Positions 13,785 through 27,196 of a stretch of DNA of 64,000 bases are shown one piece after another. Within the stretch, counting starts at the first letter, position 1. Every line of letters begins with the position of its first letter. The stretch comes from Octopus sinensis (Eukaryota): contig NC_043001.1 of NCBI RefSeq assembly GCF_006345805.1, positions 88,474,001 through 88,538,000 on the forward strand. The letters are read 5' to 3'. The position numbers were made by a program, and so were the translations under genes. Below the pieces are notes generated by a model that saw nothing but the letters and a program-made list of their open reading frames with translations, made no database searches and was not told the origin of the DNA.

Positions 13785-14412
13785 CAAAATGCCTTATGAT
13801 GTTTGTTTATACACTGTACATTGTGAGTTCAATCCAGACTCAGTCACATTTGCCTTCCAAGCTTTCTGAGAACAAAATGAAATGCCAGTCATGTACAGTG
13901 AACTGACCACCTCTCCCAAAATTGCTGGCCTTGTGCCTAGATTTAAACAGTCATCATCATCATCATCATCATCATTGCTATGAGCTGGCAGAATTGTTAG
14001 CACTCTGGATAAAATACTTAGTAGCATTTCTTTATGTTCTGAGTTCAAATTCTGCTGAGGCCGATTTTTACCTTTCATCCTTTTGGGGTCAATGAAATAA
14101 GTACCAATTACGTATTGGGGTCAATGTAATCAACTCACCCACACCCTAAAAATTTCAGGCTTTGTGCCTAGAGTAGAAAGGATTATTATTATGGTGCTGA
14201 GCAAGCAGAATCATAAGCACACCAGTCAAAATGCTTAGCAGCATTTCATCCAGCCTTACATTCTGAGTTCAAATTCTGCCAAGGTCTACTTTGTCCTTCA
14301 TCCTTTTGGGGTCAATGAAATAAGTACCAGTTATATACTGAGTCAATATAATTAACCTACCTCCTCCCCACAAATTTCAGGCTTTGTGCCTGTAATAGAA
14401 AGGTTTATTATT
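13785..14412 (+). mobile_element. Three head-to-tail family A SINEs
   Basis: Units begin near 13785, 13980 and 14192, each ending in (ATC/ATT)n. Confidence 0.8.
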
Positions 14413-14874
14413 AATATAATCAGAGTAATGTTTTTGTCTTGGCTATTGTAGTCACCAAAATATTTTGGTTGGTGATCCCTTTACCCTTCAGGTGTCTGTT
14501 GTGTTCTGTAATATTTTCTAAATTTCAAATCAAACCCTTTATTAAGTATATGGGAGTTAGAATGCTCATATGTCATTGTCCACATCAGGGATATGCTCCT
14601 ATTAGTTATGCTCCTCATCTCTGTGATGCAACTTGCTTGTTCTGCTTGAACCAGAGTATATATACATTGACTGACCTAAAGATTGAACCTACATCCACTA
14701 AGTAAATAACTATATTTAATTCTTTACATCTACTCAATACCTATATTCACTATTCCGTTGTCTGGTTGTATAATGACAATTACTCCTCACCTCAAAAATT
14801 CAGACAAAACACGCACACTTCTCACACATATGCTGATGCACATACATGCATACAGAAATATACATACCCAAGCA

Positions 14875-14921
<47 letters not shown>

Positions 14922-14984
14922 TATATATACACACATACACACACACAGGCATAGCATTCGATTGACTACACAGAAATTCACCCT

Positions 14985-15078
14985 TTTTCTCTGACGAGTA
15001 AATGTATTACCTAATAATGATTATCAATTTTAGATTACATTTTGAAGGGTAATACATTCATCAAATGATCGTAGGATA
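14985..15078 (+). ncRNA. Degenerate hammerhead-like motif
   Basis: CTGACGA 14991-14997; perfect 11-bp helix AATGTATTACC/GGTAATACATT; decayed GAAA (tcaaa); near-palindromic ATGATCGT followed by A. Confidence 0.4.
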
Positions 15079-15309
15079 TTTTAAACTTCTTAAATAATCA
15101 TATTTTATATATCTATCTATTAATACAATATTATTTTGGACATAAATCTTCTGTGATGATTTTTTAATGTAATTTTTCCTGGTCCTTCTTTATAATATAT
15201 AATTGCTCTTATTAAATGTCTAAATACCTTTAAGGTTTTAGACATTTCCCTACCAAGAGCACTTATTCGAAATTCAATATACTGTATTCTGATTGAATAT
15301 ATCTGATTG

Positions 15310-15350
<41 letters not shown>

Positions 15351-15839
15351 TTGCATACACCCACACATATAAAAGCAATAAAATTTATTGGTAGTAATAG
15401 AAGTAGCCACTGTTGAATAGAAAGTATTCAATACACTACCAATATAGACTGAAAGGAAGTTTGTTCTTTTTTCTCTTATTTGATGAGAATGACATGTAGA
15501 AGATGATAAAACTATTTCATAAATACTCTTCAGAATGTCTACTAAGAATGAAACAAAATTGAAAAGTGAATGAAATCTGTTAACATGGTAAGCTAAACAA
15601 AGTCAGAACAAAACAAAGCAATACTAATGGTCACGCACATCGATCTAGAGTTAATATTGATGGATTTACAATTGTTAATATTGGTGAAGGTGAAAACTAT
15701 TAGTGAGAAGAATTAAAAACATGACGTTTTCTAGGAATAGAATCAATCATGGAAAGAATGATATTTGAAACATGCATGCATATGGATATGTAGGCCGTTG
15801 ATAGTGATGTGGAAGACTGTCAGCTTGTAAAATCTATAC

Positions 15840-17720
15840 AACTTAAATTTTCTGTGTATGCTGTTTGGAATCTTTTCTGAATGGCTGTTGAATAAAGGTG
15901 CCTTTGCCAAAAATATGCAAGCCCTTCATTGTACAAAGATTACAGGTTATTATTCTCCTCATATGCTTTAGCTCTAGATAAAATGTTCTATTTATGTTGA
16001 TCTGGTATTGAATTATCCATAATGGCCAAATGTATGAAACCAAAGAAGTTTGCTTGTCATGATTTTTAAAGGAATGCATATGCAAATAAAATCATGATTT
16101 AAATGGGTTTGAGGCCCTTCCAATGCAAGCTTCTGTGTTGTCTTTAGTAGTAACCAGTCATTTGTACACACAAACCCCAATTGTGTAGTTAGAAGCTACA
16201 GGGCAGTTGCACAGATTGATGCTTTATTGATTCGTGATTTTGTGTTCTATAAGTTTAGAATTATGTATGATATGCTAATAGTAGTTAAAATTTGGGGTAA
16301 TAGGGTACGAAAGTATGATAGTATTTTTGTTTTGTACCTGGTGTTTTGTAGTTTGAGGGAAATGTTTTTCAAGGAGCTTAAGCAAGTTCTAAACAACTGG
16401 TGTATTGATTGTAATATTAAATTTAAGTAGTACCAGATTATGTTTCATTTCCTATCTAGCTTTTACTGGGGCAAGGTGTAGGTGTTGCTGTGTAATACAT
16501 TTTATCCTTAAAGCTACTACTGGTGGTCAAATCTTAACTGAGATACATTGTTAAAAATTCGTTTGTTAGATGATATTTGGGAAGCCTACATGAATTGTTT
16601 AGGATGTGGTGGTTTATATTGTCAGAACTGGTTGGAATATCTATGGGTTAATTGTTTCATTGGATTTGCGGCATAGGCAATAAAGAGATCCAGAGTAGTA
16701 TCTACATATTCAGAAACGTTTGTCTTTAAAGAATTATTGAAGGGTTTTTTTCCCTCGTAAATTTAGTCCTTAACAAAGTTTTGAAGGGTCACCCCCCCCC
16801 TAAATGAGTTAATGTCATTTAGGATTAAGAGCTCTCATTCCTATAAAGACAGTCTGTTTTCATTCTATGGAAAATGTAACTCCTTTTGATATGACTAGGT
16901 GCCCAGGTATCAGTAAAAATAGGGTTGCTTCTTTTCACTTAATCCTGGGTACCTATAGTTTATGAAAAGGGTCATAGGATTTCTTACTGTTTGTTAGGAT
17001 GAACTACTATCTTTTATGCATACATAGGGATTTCAGTTTCTTTTTTCCATGATAGTAATGGATTTAGTGTAATTGATTAGATAAGGTTATTGATGTGTAA
17101 CAGTCACAAACTGGAAACATTTGTATCTATATTTATTGGGAATTGCTGTAAAGCATTTGATTACATATGTTTAGCCATTCCAAAGAACTAATTGTTTTAG
17201 CTTCTTTGTACATTTGGTATTATTTTACCAAGGATATACTTATTTATCATTCCTATATCAATCTTGTTGAGCTCATGAGTTCTGTAGGCAATAAGTGTTT
17301 TGTGTGGTCATTGAGGAATAGTTCAGAAGTTATTTCCCCACCTAGTTGTTGCTGTCATTAAATAAGTGCCAATTAAGTTTTCCACACTGATTATGGATGG
17401 ACCTGGTGGTAAAGTTGTATGTTTTGTAATCTATTTGATAAAGATTTTTAGTTTTAACTGATTTGAAGGACAATTCATTTGATTATCTAATGACTTCCAA
17501 CTATTCAAGATACCCATTTGGAATCTGTTGTGAAACTTCTGAATTTAATATTTTTAATTCATGTCTAAAGATCCTATTCACAGGGGATAAGGAGTTTATG
17601 TGGGGGTTCTTAGTTTAAAACTCAAATTATTTAGCAGGTTATTGCTGCCAACAAATTTATCAAAATGGTTAGCCTTCCAACAAAGTCCTCCAAATGCATA
17701 CCCAGCCAAAGGACATATTT
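15840..17720 (-). mobile_element. Penelope-like element relic (GIY-YIG C-terminal region)
   Basis: Minus-strand TSLVSYIW and TCNLC motifs resemble the PLE endonuclease tail (T.LS.YIW.LK...CNLC..EK). Upstream limit approximate. Confidence 0.5.
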
Positions 17721-18264
17721 TAAGAGCTTATTGCAGAAGATAGAAGATTTCATTAAAAAACTTCATTGGAAGGTTTCAAATGCAGAGTAAAAAAATTATG
17801 AATGAATGAACACTAACAGAAAACCGCCCACAGGAAGATATCTGGCTACTTATAAAGATGAATATTAGTATGCACATATCTATCCATCCATCCATGCACA
17901 CACAAACATAAATACATGTGTGTGTACAAATGCACACACATGTATTCCAAATAACATGTATGAACATATACAGACATACAGAAATGAAAATGAATATACA
18001 TACACATGTATACAGTTTCTCAATTATTAAACCTTCTCATTCTGATCAATTTCTTCTTTCCATTAAGAGCAGGTTTCCACCCTACAATTTGACTAACCCT
18101 CCACTAATGAAACTTAAACTTTACTGTCAATAAAATGATTGTGTGTGTGTATATATGTGTATGCATGGATAATCTTTTAGTAAAGAAGCTTGAGAATAAC
18201 AAAATTAGTGAGAGTGAGAGATAGTGTGTGTGTGTGTGTGTGTGTGAAAGAGAGAGAGGAATTG

Positions 18265-18650
18265 CTGTGTGTGTAGAAGTTCACTTCACAGCTATATTGT
18301 TTTAAGTTCAGTCCTATTGTGTAACCTCTTTGGCAAGTGTCTTCCAAAATAGCCCCAAGCTGACCAATGCTTTTTGAGTGACTTTGGTTGATGGAAACTG
18401 AATAGGAGCTCATCTTTGTGTGTGTGTGTGTGCACACCTTTGCATTTGTCTCCCCACTACTAGACAACTGGTGTTGGTTTGTTTATATCCCCATAAGTTA
18501 GTGGTTTGACAAAGAGACCACAGGATAATACCAGACTCAAAATAAGTACTGGAGTTAATTTATTCAACTAAACCTAGCAAGATGGTGTACCAGCAATCAG
18601 TGTAGCCTCAGTCTAATTAATGACTGGCTTAAGTAAAACAATAAAAAAGA
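18265..18650 (+). mobile_element. tRNA-derived SINE family B
   Basis: GGCAAGTGTCTT...GGAAACTGAA-(TG)n organisation shared with 34689-35065, 52300-52590 and 56670-57035. Confidence 0.7.
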
Positions 18651-21506
18651 ACTACATATTTGCAGGCATGCATGCATAGTAAGAAACATGCAATTTAAGA
18701 ATCATTAACTGTTTACAACTTGATAGATTAGTGTTTTAAATAAACATTACAATCTTCTTGCAAAACAGTTTCTTTATGTTAAATTATTAACTCATTAAAT
18801 AATTGTTTTGTTTATTTAGATTGGTAATAAATGATGTTGACTAGCAGTAGCTGTAATTCTTATTAACACCATTAATATTGATTTCACTACTTTCCCCCAT
18901 TATTACACATATCAGCAGTGTCTGCATTAACATCATTATTATAGGCTTAGTGACATAATACTTGTTAATTAACTAAACATTAAATATCATTCTTATTTAG
19001 TTTAAAATTGAAAAGAACTTAGACATGTCTGTTGTCATAATCATTGTAATAACAGCAGCAGTTAAAAAAATGATAAAGGTGGTTTGAACTGTTGATATAA
19101 AACCAATAGTTTTAGAGGGGACTTTAATCAAATGCATTGACCCCAGTACTTGACTGGTACTATCTTTTATCAACCCTGAAGGGATGAAAGGCAGACAGAT
19201 AAAATGCTGGGAAGCATTTTATCTGACATGTTAACATGTGCTGAATTCTTCAAGGCAGTGCCCCAACATGGCTGCAGTCTAATGACTTGAACAATAGATA
19301 AAAGATACATGTATACATGCATGCATATATTTATATGCATGTATATATAATGCAAATGTTCAAGTATTGAGAAAATATGTAGACAAGTCATGATGAATGG
19401 TACATCTTATATATTAGATTGTAGATATATTTTGTTTAAAACCCCTTGGATTGAAAATGGGCAGCAAAAAACCTGCTGGAAAAGAGACATGCTTCTACTT
19501 TGACCCAGAAGAACATGCTATCAATTACACTAAAGCTGTCCTTAGTCTTTCTTCCAGCAAATTAAATGCTTTATACTTACAAGTGAGAAAGCTTGTTTAC
19601 AATTAGAATGCAACTGTAGAAGCAGTAAGAAATATGTAAAAACATCTTTATAGACGATGCATTTCACAAGAAATTCAGCTACAAATCATAGCCAATAAAA
19701 GGCTTTCTGATGTTTTTCCATCAAGTAGACAGAATGTCTTCTTCACTGGTAGGATCAAATTCATGTCAAAGAATGATCAACTAGACTGCTATCTAGATAA
19801 TATAGTATGTAGATGAAGGAATACTACAATGGACATCGCATATCAATGTCTGGATGTTAATGTACTTTGAGGAATCTCTTCAAGTGCATTCCTGAAGTCC
19901 ACTATTTATTAACCTCCCCCAGTTCCTGTCATGCACTGTTAACTATGTCCAACAAGGGAAGTAATTCCCTATCTATAAAATCTCATAGAACATCTCAGAA
20001 TATCACAAAGTTTTTATGTATCTGGAGATATGTTTATATGTGTATCTGAAAAGAGTAACTGAAATCGTGACAAGTGCAGTTTGGGATTTGACTTTTAATT
20101 CTATTTTGTGGCCACATAACTTCATTCTATTAATGCCGTTAGAAAATCATGAACACCATAACATTCTATTTACCTTTCATTTTGAATGTATGGATTTGTG
20201 CCTAACAATCATGATCAGGGAAAGTATTGTATTCAGGAGGTCTAACTGGGGGGTCCCTAAAATGTTTTCTGCTATTCCTCTAATAAACCAGCTCCTCCTC
20301 TGTATTTACTGTTCTATTCTATGTTATGACATAACTCAGAATAAGAAAGATTACAAATTATCTAGATGTAATTGATTTTAGTATGTATTCATAGTTTTAT
20401 TTATTGTTGGTTTAGCTGGAAATGATAAATCAGATATACAATATTCTGTGAACTTTTATATGTATGTTACAGTGGAGGTAGAACATATATGCATGCACTC
20501 ACACACACACACGATCTCTCCCTGTGTCCCCCACCCCTCTCTGTTACAGGAAAAGTATATCTCAATCTGTATGTCCTAACTCATACTTCAATATAAATGC
20601 AAATCTAGATATGTCTATAATGTTGTCCAGCTCCCTCAAATACTTCAAGATTTCCCCCATTGCTGAAATGCAGCAATGAAGTTTTCACAACATGGTTGAC
20701 CATACAGTTTGCATCTCAAACCACCAATACCTTTCAACTGATGCCTTTTTAACTGCTTGGAACATTTTCGCATTTTAGTGTCCTCCTGACTATCTTACAA
20801 GCTGAGTACGGTTCATCCCAAAGCCAGTATCAAAGTTATATCAATTGTCTTTTAAATTCTCCTCTACTCCGAGTATATTCAACATTTTACAGGAATAGGT
20901 GCACATAATGTTTTGAATGGCATAGAGAATGTTGAGTGAGATAACATTTGAGTAACGAAAGCATGGATTGATGTGTCCTGGGTGACAAGTAGAGGGAAAT
21001 GACAAGTAGAGTGAAATGACATCTGAGTGACAGGTGAAACAGTTAGTGAATGACAGCTGAGTGGCAAATCGAAAATTGTAGACACAAGGATCTTCCAGTC
21101 TTCAATAATTATGATTCCAACTTTATGGATCTTGCATAATTTGATGTGTATGTTTTTGAGGTGCAAGAAAATACATGTAAACTGCTACCCAACCCCATTC
21201 TTTCTTATGTTTTATTCTAAATTTAATTTTTGTTTATCTCTTTTTCTCTTTGTTTTTGTCTTCTTGGGTAACATTCTTCAACACCTGTATTCTATTAATA
21301 GCTTTTTAATTTCCTCTTCTGTCAAACAGTTGATTTAACCATTACTACTTCACTCCACTACTCTTTAAACAGCATGATTTGAGCCTTGAATGTGCCTACT
21401 AAACATCACGTTGGCATCATAACATTGTGTTCCTATGCAGTGGCACTATTGATATCTTAGCATCTTGCTACCAGCATCCTTCAGCATTGTTCTCAAAATG
21501 AACTAG

Positions 21507-21657
21507 CCTCTCTCTCTCTCTTTCTCTTTCTCTCGTTTCTCTCTCTCCTCCTCTCTTGTTTCTCTTTCTTTTTCTCTCTCTCCTCTCTCTCTCTCTCTTT
21601 TTCTCTCTTTCTCCGCTACTTGTGCTCGCTACATGCTGTCATCTTATATCTTTTCAG
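21507..21657 (+). promoter_or_regulatory. Extended (CT)n polypyrimidine tract / AG-exclusion zone of the exon A acceptor
   Basis: No AG dinucleotide from 21507 to the acceptor AG at 21656-21657; about 105 nt of nearly pure C/T. Confidence 0.7.
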
Positions 21658-21730
21658 TCACTGCATTCAACAAATCTTAGAAGGAGTTAACCACTGCCAC
21701 CAAAATAGTATAATACACAGAGACTTGAAG
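21658..21730 (+). CDS. CaMKII: CaMKII kinase-domain exon, variant A (helix E to HRD loop; equivalent to vertebrate CAMK2 exon 6)
   Basis: ttttcAG|TCAC...TTGAAG|GTgggt. 73 nt, first base completes a Ser codon. Translates (S)[24 protein letters not shown]. Length, phase and sequence match the CaMKII exon preceding PENLLLASK. Confidence 0.95.
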
Positions 21731-22262
21731 GTGGGTGCAGGACGCAAAAATAGTGAAATTATGTTCTGTTCCGCAGCAGATATGTTCATGTGTCTCCCAC
21801 CCACCATCTTGACTGTCTGCCAGCTTGCTTGCTCTCCACCTGCTGGTCACCAGCTTGGCAAGATTCTCAGCCATGGTTCAAATGACACTAAGTTATATCA
21901 GCTGACATAGATTTCTTTCCTTTACCAGAAGGTCATATTTTACCCACAGTTCTGGCAGCAGGGTGGGGATTGGTTTCTTTTTAATTATTCACTTCTTATT
22001 TTTATTTATTTTATTTTACTATTTTGTTTCTTCCTTTTCCTCGAATATTCTTTACCCAATGTGTAAATGAACTGTTATTTCTGTGTGTGAGTATGTAATG
22101 AATCAAGTTTAAACTCTCTATACCTCAGTTATTATTGTGTGTTCATTACAGGCATATTACAGATAAACGTTCAAGCTGAACATCAACCATATCAACCTCA
22201 CTTATCTCAGTGGGTGTGAAAGTGTTATACACAGTTTCTTTTCCCTCTGTTCAAACCATAAT

Positions 22263-22299
<37 letters not shown>

Positions 22300-22397
22300 T
22301 GTGCATGTATGTGTGTCTGTGGTATGATAGAATGAACTAATACCCTATATTATTTAATAACCATTCTGTTCGTTACATATGTGTGTGTGTGTATGTA

Positions 22398-22456
<59 letters not shown>

Positions 22457-22463
<7 letters not shown>

Positions 22464-22990
22464 CACATGTATGTAGATACAGAAAGTGTGTGCACATGCA
22501 TGCAATAATGTGTCTTTCTAATGTCCAATTTCATCATGAGACATGGACTACATATTCACAATACATTTAGAGCCTGAACATTCTATGGACAATTCCCTAG
22601 AAAGATAGGATAATGCTCACACAAATTGTTTGTTGAATTAACACTAGCATCATTGAATGTATGCTATACAGGCATCAACCGAAATAGCTCATGCTGATTC
22701 ACTCTTCCTCATAGGATTATCTGTAGCTATATAATTATATGATGGTCATCACCTGGTTAGATGGTCAAAGGAGCTATTCAAAAATCAGCCAATGACTGTA
22801 TAAATATATATATATAAATAAAGTGTGTGTATGTGTGTTTATGTATGTATACATACATATATGTATACCTATATGTTTGTGTGCATCCAACCCATGCCAG
22901 CATAGAAAATGGACATTAAATGATGATGATATATATATATTATATATATATATATATATATACATCTAAGCATATATGTGTCTGTGTGTG

Positions 22991-23045
<55 letters not shown>

Positions 23046-23508
23046 CACATGTATGTAGATACAGAAAGTGTGTGCACATGCATGCAATAATGTGTCTTTC
23101 TAATGTCCAATTTCATCATGAGACATGGACTACATATTCACAATACATTTAGAGCCTGAACATTCTATGGACAATTCCCTAGAAAGATAGGATAATGCTC
23201 ACACAAATTGTTTGTTGAATTAACACTAGCATCATTGAATGTATGCTATACAGGCATCAACCGAAATAGCTCATGCTGATTCACTCTTCCTCATAGGATT
23301 ATCTGTAGCTATATAATTATATGATGGTCATCACCTGGTTAGATGGTCAAAGGAGCTATTCAAAAATCAGCCAATGACTGTATAAATATATATATATAAA
23401 TAAAGTGTGTGTATGTGTGTTTATGTATGTATACATACATATATGTATACCTATATGTTTGTGTGCATCCAACCCATGCCAGCATAGAAAATGGACATTA
23501 AATGATGA

Positions 23509-23549
<41 letters not shown>

Positions 23550-23590
23550 TAAGCATATATGTGTCTGTGTGTGTATATATATATATATAC
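22457..23590. repeat. 582-bp tandem duplication bounded by (TA)n tracts
   Basis: ATGTAGATACAGAAAG at 22471 and 23053; ORFs at 22774 and 23356 are offset by 582; copies appear identical apart from microsatellite length. Confidence 0.95.
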
Positions 23591-23749
23591 ACACACATAC
23601 ATACATACATACACATATGTGTGTGTCTGTGTTTATGTCCTCTTCTATTTTTTTATATGTTTCAGCCTAAAGGCTGTGGCCATGCTGAGGCACTGCTCGC
23701 ATCATCACTTTTTTTAGTTGCCATTCCTATCAGGTTGGTTTTTGGTGAG

Positions 23750-26340
23750 AGAAGGAATTTGATATTATTGCCCTTGTTTGAGTTTGTTGCTTTGATGTAG
23801 GTTCATTTGGGGTCTTAGACACCAGAAGGTCTACACAACTCCATATAGATATGTCAAGTTTTTGACAAGGTATTAAATAGTTGTGAACCTTTGAATCCTA
23901 AGTCATTGCAATACCTGGTTTGCACTCTACATGGAATGAGTAGGACCTTTGGAGCAGTGCAGGGGTTGGTATAATTCACGATGCCAAAGCTTGGTGCCTG
24001 TCTCTCTCTATGTATATCACTGCATACCTCTCCTACCTTCACTTCAACTTCAGTCTCTTTCAGATCAAGTGTTTCATTGATGCAGATCTCTTTTCGATGT
24101 AGCATTGCTGAACTGCCTTGAATTTTTCTATTAAATTGACACTGTGAATTGGCCATAGTTGAGAGTAGTAGTCCAGATGGCTGAGGACAAATGACCTCCA
24201 TAAGACAGCATAGTTTCCTGGATCTATGTCCTGAAAGTTCTCAGAATTCACCTAGCCATTCACCTGCACATTGCCAACATCATTTGATATGTATATGAAA
24301 TGACACATCATTGCTCATATCAATCCCCAGGTCACACACACTGTATTTGACTCTGGAGTTACTGCCCCTTTTGGTTCAAAGTATTTTTGTTGTGGTGTGT
24401 TAGCACAAGCTGGCTGATAGCAGAGAGCTTGGAATTTTCTGCATTAAATTGCATCTTGTTTTCTTCAGCCCATTTGTATTTAGGTCTTTGTTTAGAAAAT
24501 TAGCATTATTAGGATTCTTGACTGTTTGTACTTCTTTTTCATCATTCGCTTAGATAGTAGGAGTGGCTGTCTGTATTACTGATGGTACGTCTGAGCAGGC
24601 CAAAATAACCAGTAGTGGTCCCAAGACAGTTCTGAAGTACTCCACTTGTCAATACCAATGGCTGATATTGCATCAGTTTCCTCTATTCCAATGTAATCGA
24701 TAATTGCCATCATTCGTGTAGAGCTGTAGTGTCAAAGAACATGTTTGGCATATTTATTTGCAAGTGCCCCAACAGAAGTGTGAAAGCAATTTTGTATTGC
24801 ATATTTAGCATTTCATTTATCCTTCAGGTGTCTGTAGTCAGTGAGACATTTTCTTTGAACAGTGGCACTATCTTGTACTGTACTGAAGCAGACTGTTTTG
24901 CAAATTTATGGAAGGCTTTGGGGTTTGCCTTTACATTTTTTACAGTCCAGGCTTCTTTTTTCTTGCTTTCTCCTTTTCATAGGAATGTTTGAGTTCACTT
25001 TCAATCTCATGCAGTTCTTATTTGAGATTGGGTTCCTCACTCTCACTATCATTTAGTGGTCCATTTAGATGATATGAGATTTTTGTCCATTGTCTCATTA
25101 GAATTTTCCTATATCTGAGAATTGTGTTTTTCTGGGACTTAGACTTTCTCTCTGGAGTAAACTTGCCATGGTTGTCATAAAATGTTGTAGCTTTATGTCA
25201 GTATCTTGCATAGAGAGACTGGCAGACCAGTTATGTTCCAGTACCTCTTTCAGAATACCTTTTCAGTTAGCTTTATGAAAGTTCCTGCTGGAAAGGAATC
25301 AGGTGTTTGTCTGTAGTTCTTCTTGGATCATACTTTGTTAGTTCCAATCTTTGGTGTCACATTTAAATTATGGGTGAGCACCACCTTATTTGTAAAGAAG
25401 AGGTCCATGACATTTTTACCCCTTGTTGGGCAGAAAACTATTTGCTCCATGAATTGCGTATTTTTATGGTCAAGTAGAGACTCTGCCTGCTTGGTTCATG
25501 CAGTAACATTCCTGAGAGGGGATGTCCCTCAGGTCACTTAACATTAGGGAAATCAAAGTCCCCTAGAAGTATGTGAAGGTTATCATCTTCGTTGGTTACT
25601 CTCTCTCTCTCTCTGTCTCTCTCTTCCATCATTTTGAATGAGTCCTCATGATTTGGGGAAAATCTGGGAACAATATGTCGTACATACTACCATTTTGATT
25701 TGCTTAATGTGTATCACAGACTGAGTTAGAGTGACAATAAGACTATAGACATGACATCTTTTTGGATGTACATCTCAACTCCACCATGTTCTTTCCCTCT
25801 TATCACTTTGAAATACACCATATGTATTCCAGTGTCTACTATGTCAGTGGTTAGATGTATATGTGTTAGTGACATGCATATTGCTTGATTACATGTAACT
25901 AAGTCTCTCAAGAATGCTGGTGGAGTGTTACAAGGCCTCTCATATTCTATAATAACACTGGTGTGGTGTATGAGGTGTCTGAAGTGGCCACTAGTTTGAC
26001 ATTTGTGGTAGCATCAAGGATGGCCACTCTGCATCATTTGCTGGTAACAGTGGTCTTGCTTGCTTATATACATTACCTTGATTCAGTGTTTGTTGCAGCC
26101 AGGTCAGCTGCCTTACAATCCTTTGCCTCATATCCAAAAAAACACTTCTGCTCAGCTGCAGCTGTGTACTCTGAAACTAGGTACTGCTTTGTCTTCAAAA
26201 CAGTATGTGCAGTATTCACATATTTTGAAGGTTAAGACAGTGTGCATTGTGACCTGAGCTTCGGATGTGTGAAGTGGTAGCCTGTCGCCACCACTCCACT
26301 TAAGTTGTTTCTTTCCTTGGTTATTCTTTCTGAGAGCTGT
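23750..26340 (-). mobile_element. Decayed CR1/L2-group LINE (APE endonuclease + RT, internally deleted)
   Basis: Minus-strand motifs in correct order: HGGVEMYI, LGDFDFPNVK, VMDLFFTNK (APE); TVLGPLL (RT); LWRSFVLSHLDYYSQLW; RYCNDLGFKGSQLFNTL. Confidence 0.85.
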
Positions 26341-26341
26341 T

Positions 26342-27122
26342 CATGGTGTGGTGAATAAATTCTTGTCTAAATTATCAAAAATGAAAATAACACTGACATC
26401 TCATTTTAACAGATATGTTTACCATAATTACATAAAAATATCTTGAAATACTAAAGAGTAAATTTATTCAGTAAAATCACCATTGGCTTCAATCACGGCC
26501 TCCAGACAACTTCGGAATCTCCTGCAACTCTTCTGGATGGTCTCCTTGTTTAAGTTGATGAATGCTGCCATAATCCTTATCTTCAGTTCATCTTTGGTAT
26601 TACAAGGAATTTACTGGTCTCTCACTCAACTGCACCCCACAAATAATAATCAAAGGGGTTGCAGTCTGGGGAGTTAGGTGGCCAGATATTAGGGGTGATG
26701 TGTTTGCAAAAATTGCTTGTCAGCTATGACCGAGCTCTCCTGCTTGTGTGGCATGGTGCAGAATCCTGTTGCCAGACATCCTCTTTCAGTAGCCACCCTC
26801 TTGACCCAGGGCAGCACTACCTCCTTCAGGCACTGGATGTTTAATTTTTATCACTTTTAATACATGTTCACAGATTGTACTGTCCTCAGATTGACACTCT
26901 AACACTCTGAAATGCTCGTATTGGAGCTTCCGATGTGAATGCAAAGCAGTACATGTCGTTTCCAAATTTCTGGCAGAGTGAATTGTGTCATAGTGCTGTT
27001 TTTCTCTCAGACGATGCCCAACTGACCCTACTATACTGTGTAATCAACAAAATCAAAAACAAACAACATGCATGCATGAAATTAAGAATATTAAATGGTG
27101 ACAATTTACTCATCACACCTTG
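26342..27122 (-). mobile_element. Internally deleted Tc1/mariner-superfamily DNA transposon, DD37D (maT) type
   Basis: Minus strand WQQDSAPCH...WPPNSPDCNPFDYYLWG with 37 residues between the last two catalytic D (one in-frame stop). Imperfect TIRs GGTGTGGTGAATAAATT / AATTTACTCATCACACC; TA at the right flank. Confidence 0.85.
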
Positions 27123-27196
27123 TATATACACACACACACACACACACATACATATACATGTATATTTGTGTATGTGTCTGTTTGGCTAAATGATAT

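Noticed and set aside
21756-21767. 11/12 complement to 46561-46572 upstream of the DFG exon (possible selector)
   Set aside because: Short and AU-rich, expected by chance in this base composition, and competes with a local hairpin.
21620-21910. 96-aa ORF containing exon A
   Set aside because: Only 21658-21730 is kinase-like. The rest is read-through of intron past a GT donor, and its unusual composition is better explained by RNA structure.
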